DNA from: Haliotis cracherodii
Lineage: Eukaryota
Direction of reading: 5' to 3'
Assembly (NCBI RefSeq): GCF_022045235.1
Contig: NW_027266275.1
Coordinates: 63,488,001-63,552,000, forward strand
DNA length: 64,000 bases
The translations under genes and the position numbers were made by a program. Position 1 is the first letter of the stretch; each line of letters starts with the position of its first letter. The notes beneath the pieces were generated by a model, which did no database searches, was not told where the DNA came from, and was given only the letters and a program-made list of their open reading frames with translations. Below, one piece after another: positions 35,705 to 45,763 of this stretch.

Positions 35705-36541
35705 TTGTTAAACTAAGTGCTCTGCATGCACAACCATAATGAAGAAAAAACCGAAGTTACAGAAGAAAACTATTATCGACATTTATCAGAATGCCCAAAT
35801 ACACACAGGGAATGTTCAGGTTAAATGCGAATATTCATTGTCAATATTAAAGGTTTAAATTAATATATATAATAAGAATCGTTAAACCAAATGTATTTAT
35901 GTTTAAAATATGAAGTATTTGTTTTAATCGTATCGTTTAGTGTAAAACATGGAGTCTAGAGTCTATAAAAATATTGATTCCATTCAACGACAAAAATATA
36001 TATTTCATATAGAAAAGTTGAATTTATGTGTTAATGAAATGTTGAATTTAAGATCGCTTTTCAATTTTGAAACAGTGTCGGTTTTCAACACACATCTCAA
36101 TTCTCAATATTGTTGAAGACAATGTCCTATCTCATCATATTAACAATGTTGAAAACAATGTCAGATTTCAATATATTTTCAGAAATCGAAAGGCTACTGA
36201 TGAATCAATGTTGAAAACAATGTGACATTTCAACATATCTTCAAATATCGAAAGGAAAATGTTGAAATTATGTTGATACAATATTTTTCAAGTACCAACC
36301 AAATTTCAACATTGAAACAATGTCCTGTGCCTCCTGTGTCCTGGGATGCTTATAGTAAAAGGCGACTAACGGGATCGGTGGTCAGGCTCGGTGAATTGGT
36401 TGATGCATATCATCGTGTACCTATTGCGTAGATCGGTGCTCTTGTCAATCACTGGATTGTCTGGTTCCTTACAGAGCGCCGTCATATTGCTGGAATACAG
36501 CATTAAACAACAAACAGAGAGGAAAAATGCATGCGGAGTAT

Positions 36542-36598
36542 TTAATTGGTGAAGAGAGCATGGATGCCACGTAGAGAGCGACCAACGGGTTGAGGGAT
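36542..36598 (-). CDS. EPDR: EPDR-D exon 6
   Basis: IPQPVGRSLRGIHALFTN*. Confidence 0.85.
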   Translation of the reverse strand: MPQPVGRSLRGIHALFTN

Positions 36599-38999
36599 CT
36601 GGAAGAACGAAGAAGGAATAACTTCTTTAAATCATATATTTAATAAACAAATCTATCATGGAATGAAATATCAGCAATAATTTGAAATTATATAAAAGCA
36701 TAGGTAGAAAAAAGCCCAGGTTTTACTGACCATCTCAACAATTATACATCGGAGTAGTCCAACCTATTTAAACCTCTCTTCCCGAGGCAAGGGCGTTAAC
36801 TGACCATAAAAGTCCAGTTTTCACACTTGCCGAACAAGACGGGAATTTCAGAGTTACACTTTGACTGGACAAACGAGTCTAGGCATAGTTCAATCAAAAT
36901 CGCGTAACGAACTAGACATCCGGTTCGTAAAAAAACATGGATTTCAACGAGCAGATTTCGGTTGACTGCGGAATTTACAAAGCATTTGTACCGTCAACTG
37001 GGCGTCGACAGATATTTTGCAAATATTTCATGTTATTAATCCCGTTTTACTACAATATAGATCATGGTTTTCGATCAGATCGTCTTGACTGGGCCCAGAC
37101 ATTTCGTTTGAAGCAAATGCAAGTGGTATAAGAGATGGAATCTGATTGGTCAATAGGAGGGACATCGAAGGGACATAACTCGTAATAGCCACTGGTGGCG
37201 CTTCGATCGATCCTTGAAATTCCAGCCTAGTTCGGCAAGGGTGGAAATTGGACTTTAATACTCAGTCAACTCCCTTGCCTCGGGGAGATGATTTAAACAA
37301 TGGCTAACATAGGTCAAAGAACCCTAGCACTTCGAGGGTTTAAATAACATTGCATTGATAATCGCATTTAAAAAAAAGATATTCAAGAACTCTATATTTA
37401 ACTGTAAGAAATCTACGTGATGCACGGATCCAGAGAAAGGGTTTCAGGGTGTCCCGACGACCACTATCCCAAACCCCCAAAAAGGTATCAAATCACATGT
37501 ACGTTTAATGTAAAGTATAGCATATTGAATAAATAACAAATCTATCCAGGCATTAGCTCTTCGTCTCGATGTATGTAAATATGTCATTGTTTATTCCACA
37601 TGACTTTTTACTTGTTGCCGTGGCAGAAGACTACATTAGCTAGCGGGTTCGAATGCCGCTGACGACACACGTTTTTGTGTGAAAAGGACCCACATCAAGG
37701 TAAATTACAGAAAGAAGTTACGTCATTTTCAAGCGGCGTTTAACAAACAATCAGCTAATTTAGGGTCAAAGACAAAGGAGCCATGTTTAAAATAATTATT
37801 TCCCATTAGGCTCAGAAATAAATTTCTGTTTTATTCAGTTAACTGTTAACAACCAGTTACCGTACGGCCAAAGACAAAGGAGACATTACAGTAAACTACG
37901 GTTATAACGAACACGTTCAATATAAAGAACATATTTTTTAGTCCCGGCCATATGTTGTATATATGCTGCATAAATGCTTATAACGAACTACGGTTATAAC
38001 GAACACGTTCAATATAAAGAACATATTTTTCAGTCCCGGCCATTTGTTGTATATATGCTGTATATATGCTTATAACGAACTAGGGTTATGACGAACTAAA
38101 ACTAGTGGTCCCTTTGAGTTCGTTATAACCGTAGTTTACTGTATTTAAAATTATTATTTCCCCAATGAGGTCCAGAAATATATTTCTCTTCTGTCCAGGT
38201 AACACCAAATAATTAACCATCAGTCTTGACAACAGCGTGGCGTGGTTTCGAAGTTGTAATATGGTTGATAAAAGTTAATATTATTTAAATAATCACAGAG
38301 TTAATGGAAGCTTGGATATCTAAGGTAATGAACACCACGCTGATGTCAGTCACAACCCACACATCTTACCGTGCCCGTTGAGCTGGAACATCCGGAGGGT
38401 ATTTTGAATAAATCGCGATTGCTGATCGATGGCTGGAATCTAGCCATCAGGAACATGGTATTGGCAGCCACTGAAACAAGTAACCAATACCTCACAGATT
38501 GATCAGATGAATACATTGATTCGTTGTTTACTTTATCCCTGTCGGCGATAGAAACTACAAGGTTTAGCCCACTAGTCCTTACAATGATAGCATAAAACAA
38601 AAACCTTAAAAAGGGCAAATTTCTAAAAGTCCTTAGGAACCCTTAACTATTGGGCACTTTGGCAAGGACTATAGGACTAGAGCCAATTTCTAACGCTGCC
38701 TGTGGGTATTTCGGGACAGATTAAGACCACAGCACCCTCACGATTTGGTTAGTGTAACGGCATGCTGCATACATATATCAGCCCTACCATGACGGCCTTG
38801 GTCCGATGCTGCCAACCACTGGTTTGCAGAGGACAGATTAACTTGATTCCAATCACCAATCAATCACCAATCAGCATTAATTCATCAATAAATTGTCAAT
38901 CAATCAGCCAATCAATTAACTTATCACCAATTAATGATCAATCAATCAACCAATCACCAATTAATGATCACTCGATCATATCAATCAATCATATCAATA

Positions 39000-39042
<43 letters not shown>

Positions 39043-42000
39043 TCCTTCACACTGCAGTGATAAACATGGAATAGTGATGATTGCGAAGTAAAACAACATT
39101 CCCTTCCCGCTCCCATTCAGCCCTCAAGTATTCATTTCATTGATTCATATTCATTTTGAGCGATACCTGAGTCACTGATGTTGGTCTTGAAGTGTCCGAA
39201 TATATTCTCGATGACGGGGATGCAGCCTTCCTTGGTGACGGACAGCTTGACGATGTGGTCAGTTCCCGGCTGTCGGTATCTCCAGCTGACCAGGGAGAGC
39301 TGCTCCGCGCCATACCCCATGTAGGAGTAACCGTCGAACTCAGACTCATCTGAAACTCGCACCTGACAAATATACTGTTCGAAAATAGTAAGGGAACAGG
39401 TAGGATACAGTATCAGGTAACACTACAGTATCAGGGAACAGATAGGGTACAGTATCAGGGAACACTACAGTATCAGGGAACAGGTAGGATACAGTATCAG
39501 GGAACAGGTAGGATACAGTATCAGGGAACAGGTAGGATACAATATCAGGAAACAGGTAGGATACAGTATCAGGAAACAGGTACGATACAGTATCAGGGAA
39601 CAAGTAGGATACAGTATCAGGGAACACTACAGTATCAGGGAACAGATAGGGTACAGTATCAGGGAACACTACAGTATCAGGGAACAGGTAGGATACAGTA
39701 TCAGGAAACAGGTAGGATACAGTATCAGGAAACAGGTAGGATACAGTATCAGGAAACAGGTACGATACAGTATCAGGGAACAAGTAGGATACAGTATCAG
39801 GGAACACTACAGTATCAGGGAACAGATAGGGTACAGTATCAGGGAACACTACAGTATCAGGGAACAGGTAGGATACAGTATCAGGAAACAGGTAGGATAC
39901 AATATCAGGAAACAGGTAGGATACAGTATCAGGAAACAGGTACGATACAGTATCAGGGAACAAGTAGGATACAGTATCAGGGAACACTACAGTATCAGGG
40001 AACAGATAGGGTACAGTATCAGGAAACAGGTAGGATACAGTATCAGGAAACAGGTAGGATACAGTATCAGGGAACAAGTAGGATACAGTATCAGGGAACA
40101 CTACAGTATCAGGGAACAGATAGGGTACAGTATCAGGAAACAGGTAGGATACAGTATCAGGAAACAGGTAGGATACAGTATCAGGAAACAGGTACGATAC
40201 AGTATCAGGGAACAAGTAGGATACAGTATCAGGGAACACTACAGTATCAGGGAACAGATAGGGTACAGTATCAGGAAACAGGTAGGATACAGTATCAGGA
40301 AACAGGTAGGATACAGTATCAGGAAACAGGTACGATACAGTATCAGGGAACAAGTAGGATACAGTATCAGGGAACACTACAGTATCAGGGAACAGATAGG
40401 GTACAGTATCAGGGAACACTACAGTATCAGGGAACAGATAGGGTACAGTATCAGGAAACAGGTAGGATACAGTATCAGGAAACAGGTAGGATACAGTATC
40501 AGGAAACAGGTACGATACAGTATCAGGGAACAGGTAGGATACAGTATCAGGGAACACTACAGTATCAGGGAACAGATAGGGTACAGTATCAGGAAACAGG
40601 TAGGATACAGTATCAGGAAACAGGTAGGATACAGTATCAGGAAACAGGTACGATACAGTATCAGGGAACAAGTAGGATACAGTATCAGGGAACACTACAG
40701 TATCAGGGAACAGATAGGGTACAGTATCAGGGAACACTACAGTATCAGGGAACAGGTAGGATACAGTATCAGGGAACAGGTAGGATACAGTATCAGGGAA
40801 CACTACAGTATCAGGGAACAGGTAGGATACAATATCAGGAAACAGGTAGGATACAGTATCAGGGAACAGGTAGGGTACAGTATCAGGGAACACTACAGTA
40901 TCAGGGAACAGGTAGGATACAGTAGCAGGGAACAGGTAGGGTACAGTATCAGGGAACAGGTAGGATACAAACGAATTTTCGAATAATATGGGCAGTAAAA
41001 AAACATATCAACGAACCATCTTCCCGGGGCAAGGGAGTTAACTGACAATTAAGTCAGTTAACTCCCTTGCCTGGGGAAGATGTCAGATCTGTGCACATGG
41101 GAGAAGGTGTGACATATTTATAGCATTTTCCCCACTGCACTAGCGGTCTTCAGCAACCCACGTTTGCCGTAAAAGGCGATTATACTTGTCGGAAGAGACG
41201 ACTAACGGGATTGGGCGGTCGGGCTCGCTGACTTGGTTGATGCATGTCATCGTATCCCAATAGCGTGGATCGATGCTCATGATATTAATCATTGTCTGGT
41301 CCAGACTCGATTGTTTACAGACCGCTGTCATATAGCTGGAATATTGCGCAGTGCGGCGTTAAACAACAAACCAACCAACCAACCACTGCATTACTCATTT
41401 TGTTGACATAAAGTTCCCCTGGCATCTTATACCTGGTATGCAAGGTTTCCGGAAAGTCGCCTGCCCCAAGGCATAGCGAGTACAGGAGCCGCCCTTGGGA
41501 GTAACGTACTGAAATTTCTGAAATGCACACATGTTCATGGTTAGATGTGAATCACGTTACCACACGTAGTGACTAGATCACGCTTTAAGGGGTAGACTTC
41601 GGGACAGGGTATAGGGCGTGATCGATAGAATCGTGGGCCCGGTTTGAAAGGGTGCGGAGAGAAGTATTTGAAACATCTTCCCGTGTCAAGCGAGTTCACT
41701 GACCATTAAAAGTCCAGTTTTCGTGATGCCCCTTGCCTCAGGAAGATGATTTGAGAATAATGAAATACATTTTACACAAACCATTATTTTCTACTTATGC
41801 TCGGATTTAGGGACTGGTCATTTATTATGGGGTGGTCTTGGATCATATTTTGCGATGTCTGATACAGCATAATGATTTGGTGTGACATTATTGCACACGC
41901 GGAACGACAAACACGTATGTGAGGTGAAATGGGGTTTAACTTCGCGTCCAAGATTATTGCACTTATATAGCGACGTGCATGCACGTGTGTGTGGCTGTTT

Positions 42001-43851
42001 GTACTAGTCCGGACTGATGCCGATTAAAGTGCTAGCACACTGAGATGCCATGCCGCAGTTTAACATGAATACCCCACTCGGAGTCAGTATACTGTGTCTG
42101 AGTGGGGTATTCATGTTAAACTGCGGCATGGTATCCACTGACTCCGAGCCGACCAGTCCTTGTTTTAGACCCTTAATGCCGAGCGCCAGACAGGGCAACA
42201 ACAAGTACCATCGTTTAACGTCTTTTGTTATAATGCGGCCGAGGATCGAACCCCGGACCTTCCGCTCCCAGGCGGACGCTCTACCACTAGACCACGGAGG
42301 CGGTCGAAACACGTATGTAAAGCGTCGATAGACATATTGTATATTGTTTGTTTGGGCGGTGGGGAAGCCTAGTCGTTAAAGTGTTCGCTCGTCACGCCGA
42401 AGACCCGAGTTCGATTCCCCACATGGTGTAATGTGGGAAGCCCATTTGCCGTGATTTGGTGGAATATTGCTAAAGGCCGCGTAAAACAATACTCACTCAC
42501 TATACTGGTTGTATGGTTACCTTCGGATAGTCGAAGAGAATGTTGGTAGATGTGACTGTCCCATTCGATGTGATAACAGATTCAACGGCCACCATCTCGT
42601 TGTAAGAGTCGTAGTAGAGGTTGTTGTAACCCTAATACAAACATATGTCATGGTAGTTAATAACGGACCCGTGAAGATCCGGGTTAGAATAGGTCTTCAT
42701 CAACTGTGCTTGTCGTCAGAGGCGACTAACGGGATTTGGTGGTCAGGCTCGCTGACTTGGTTGATGCATGTCATCGTATCCAAATTGATGCTCATGATGT
42801 CCATCACTGAATTGTCTGGTCCAGAGACGAGTATTTACAGACCGCTATCATATAGCTGGACTATTGCTGAGTGCAGCTTTAAAGAACAAACAAACAAAAG
42901 TTAATAACGATCAATATAATAATACCTCGTGTAACTAAACATGGCATATATATTTCGTGGACACGATATTCGTTTATTTTGCAATCTAAAAGTTGATTTA
43001 CATAAATAAAATGACCACACAAAATATTAATGCCATCCCGCGGGGCTTCTGGGCCAGAATAACCCTCGTTTACCACACACTTGTCCATAAAACCGACAAC
43101 ATAGGGATTGGTTGGTGACAATGTGTGACAAGTATGAATGTGTGACCTGGATCGTTTAGTTGCTCGTGGTCTCAACAACTGATTGTTGATGGCAACAAAA
43201 CAGCATTAGCTCACTCCATGAGTAATTTTACTTTTAAACGAATAAATTCCCTTGTCGTCCGGAATACGCAATGTCCAGATAAATCAATCATGAGTGAATT
43301 GTCATTTGTGGGTTTAAACACTAAACAGAAAACACGTAAAGATCCAGGGTAGAATTATAGGTCTTCAGCAACACATGCTTGCTGTGAAAGGCGACTATAC
43401 TTGTCGTAAGAGCCGACTAACGGATCGGGTGGTCAGGCTCGGTGACTTTGTGTATGAATGTCATCGTATCCCAATTGCGTCGATCGATGCTCATGATGTC
43501 AATCACTGAATTGTCTGGTCCAGTCGCGATTGTTTACAGACGGCCGTGGTATAGCTGGACTATTGCTGAGTGCGGCGTTAAACAACCAACCAACAAACAA
43601 ACAAAACTAAGGGGGTTCCACAGTACTATGAACGGGATGTATCGCTACATTAAAACGGAATAAAATGGCTGACTGGATCTACTGACCTGAAGGAAGTTCT
43701 GAACATAGTGTCCGTTTAGTTTATACATGGCCCCTCCCACCTCCCCTAACGTGACCTGGAACTCCCTGTCCGTGCAGCACTTTGCGGGTGGGGCAAGGGT
43801 AGCCGACTGACCAACGCCCACTAGACAGGCCAGGAAAAGGATGAAACGCAT
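36542..43851 (-). CDS. EPDR: Ependymin-related protein paralog D, complete, 233 aa (exons 43687-43851, 42521-42631, 41433-41517, 39167-39349, 38370-38470, 36542-36598)
   Basis: GT-AG introns, phases 0,0,1,1,0; 702 nt open. MRFILFLACLVGVGQS signal, CCTDREF, GCIP, FKIPSGC; ATTAAA overlaps the stop. Confidence 0.9.
36774..37290. mobile_element. hAT-type MITE, same family
   Basis: Perfect 8-bp TSD atttaaac. Confidence 0.85.
37889..38141. mobile_element. pogo/Tc1-type MITE with internal duplication
   Basis: Perfect TIRs, TA flanks; lies in one of two local tandem copies (37768-37840 is the empty copy). Confidence 0.85.
38370..38470 (-). CDS. EPDR: EPDR-D exon 5
   Basis: AANTMFLMARFQPSISNRDLFKIPSGC; 101 nt. 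Confidence 0.9.
38850..39042. repeat. (CAAT)n-rich simple repeat
   Basis: direct reading. Confidence 0.9.
39167..39349 (-). CDS. EPDR: EPDR-D exon 4
   Basis: DESEFDGYSYMGYG...WRY...VTKEGCIPVIENIFG; 183 nt. Confidence 0.9.
39390..40968. repeat. 1.6-kb 24/18-bp minisatellite in EPDR-D intron 3
   Basis: units acagtatcagggaacaggtaggat and acagtatcagggaacact. Confidence 0.97.
41017..41082. mobile_element. TIR-only minimal derivative of the hAT MITE
   Basis: 66-bp near-perfect palindrome of the two termini. Confidence 0.75.
41144..41385 (+). mobile_element. Family D element, 5'-truncated
   Basis: flanked by ccactgca duplication. Confidence 0.85.
41433..41517 (-). CDS. EPDR: EPDR-D exon 3
   Basis: KFQYVTPKGGSCTRYALGQATFRKPCIP. 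Confidence 0.88.
41674..41748. mobile_element. TIR-only minimal derivative of the hAT MITE
   Basis: TSD atttgaaa/atttgaga. Confidence 0.75.
41919..42305 (-). mobile_element. SINE B with internal inverted duplication
   Basis: TSD aaacacgtatgt; hairpin at 42044-42135. Confidence 0.9.
42353..42501 (+). mobile_element. SINE A
   Basis: family match, diverged. Confidence 0.85.
42521..42631 (-). CDS. EPDR: EPDR-D exon 2
   Basis: GYNNLYYDSYNEMVAVESVITSNGTVTSTNILFDYPK. Confidence 0.9.
42666..42898 (+). mobile_element. Family D element
   Basis: TSD agttaataacg; single-hairpin subtype. Confidence 0.88.
43334..43605 (+). mobile_element. Family D element
   Basis: family match. Confidence 0.85.
43687..43851 (-). 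CDS. EPDR: EPDR-D exon 1
   Basis: 55 codons, donor GTCAGT. Confidence 0.9.
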
Positions 43852-44009
43852 GGTTAAGACTTGACTCGCAGTTGGAACTAAAACACTATAACCGTCTCAC
43901 GCATGTGGGTTTATCTAGTTGGTCAGCTGGTAAATCACACACTGATTAAGTGTCGATCTAGTGGTCAGTCCTGGTTCATACAGTTCATCTCCTGTTATAG
44001 TGGATGGTG

Positions 44010-44012
<3 letters not shown>

Positions 44013-44048
<36 letters not shown>

Positions 44049-44075
44049 TGGGGGGTGGGAGGGGGGGGGGGGGGT
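44013..44075. repeat. (GT)n plus G-tracts upstream of EPDR-D
   Basis: direct reading. Confidence 0.9.
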
Positions 44076-44524
44076 GTTTAATTTCTTAACATACGTTTGG
44101 AGGCCATGACATGTCATTTTGATATTTGTGAGTGTTTAATCAAACGACGATTTCTAATTTTTAATGACTACAAACTGACGTTTATCTCAGTTGACGAATG
44201 CATGTTGTTGGCGTTCTTATACAAGGAAGCACTGACAATAGCCTTCAGACAAAGTACTGCGAATATTGCATTAAACACAACTCTTAGTATTTTGTAATCT
44301 ATACTTGTACATACGCTCGTATCATTATTCAATCATGTTCACAGACAATCATTGAGAAAGAATAGCTTTGCTATAAATAATATCGTCCGTGGTCTGCGCT
44401 CGTCATATCAGCCCTCTCAATCAATGATTTGAAACGTTACATTACATTCTCAGCTCCCTTGGGAGTATACCTCACAGTACTCGGCGTACCAGGTACAGAA
44501 ACATTCTGGGTCATTCTGCTGGAT

Positions 44525-44712
44525 ACCCCTGAAGATCCGGGTTAGAATTGATCTTTAGGAACGCGTGCTTGTCGTAAGAGTCCACTAACGGGATCAGGTG
44601 GTCAGGTGCGGTGAATTGGTTGATGCATGTCATCGTAACCCAATTTCGTAGATCGATGCTCATGATGTCAATCATTGGATTGTCTGGTCGGCGTTAAATA
44701 GGTAAGAAACAA
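44525..44712 (+). mobile_element. Family D element
   Basis: family match, in EPDR-D/STK31 intergenic region. Confidence 0.8.
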
Positions 44713-45046
44713 ACGTTCTGGATAGAAGAATAAATTACATGTACTCATAGATTTTTAAAAGAAACAAAAACACAAGATTATGAATCCCTTTAGATTTGCG
44801 ACATCCGCTCTTTCAAGAAGATAAATAAAATGTGAAATACGTTTTGAAATAATTTAATTTTGTTTCTCTCTTTCGTTTTTTTTTTCTTGTTAGTGTTTGA
44901 AAATCCATCAGACCTGTTCTTCTCCTCTCGGTCTAGTTTAAACAGAAAATAAGACAAACGCATCCCCTCCTAACCGTTAACCCATTTTGTTCTGGACATG
45001 GTTGACTTCATTTGAAGTGTAAATATGACATTTACCTTCCAAAAAT

Positions 45047-45178
45047 TACGGAAGCCTTTTAGAGCAATTTGTGTTTTTCTTGAAATTTCAAGATACATAA
45101 AGTGAAATTTTACGTATATACGTATCTTGAAATTTCAAGAAAAAAACCCAAAATAAATGGCCCTAAAAAGCTTCCGTA
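45047..45178. mobile_element. Small palindromic MITE
   Basis: tacggaagc...gcttccgta termini with internal inverted ttcttgaaatttcaag. Confidence 0.6.
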
Positions 45179-45599
45179 GAAAACAACTCGCCCTACAGTA
45201 AAATCATCTCACCTCCACAATGAGAGAGGGGACATCCCGTTCTTCTTTGTCACTGACGTCGGGGTCATTGTCATACTAAAACTATTGATCCATCAGCATT
45301 TGTATTGTAATGTTGATGATGGTTCTTCCACGGCAATTTCTTCACTCCAAGATCTGAATTATATAATCACTGGATCAATATCATTTAAACGCAGATCGTA
45401 CAAACCACGTCTGAGGGGTCATATTTATATTTATTATCAATTCCTCGTATACTGTCTAATGCAAGGACGATATTCATAAATCAAGCAATCACCATAAATA
45501 ATTAATTGCTTTGCGTCCGACAATATGCCAAAATAGTCATCGAAGAGCGTTAAACGAATTTCCTGCAAACAATCTGTTTGATTATACGAGCGCTTCTGT

Positions 45600-45688
45600 A
45601 GATATTGGATAATGTCTGGGCATGCGCATCGCATAACAGGAAGCACGAGTTATTTTTCTGTGAGCAAACTTTGAGTGATTAGAAGAAA
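45600..45688 (+). promoter_or_regulatory. Putative proximal promoter/5' UTR of the STK31-like gene
   Basis: NRF1-like GCATGCGCA (45620-45628) and ETS-like CAGGAAG just upstream of the ATG; motif match only. Confidence 0.3.
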
Positions 45689-45763
45689 ATGCAGAATCAA
45701 AGGCCTTGGCAGGTTCAAACATATGATGTGTTTGTTGGTAACTTGCCGGTTGATACTGACCAG
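45689..45763 (+). CDS. STK31: STK31-like exon 1 (RNP2)
   Basis: MQNQRPWQVQTYDVFVGNLPVDTDQ, donor GTAAGT. Confidence 0.8.

Noticed and set aside
39346-40893. 515-aa ORF (FPDTVSYL repeats)
   Set aside because: Translation of an intronic 24/18-bp minisatellite; non-ATG start, no unique domain.
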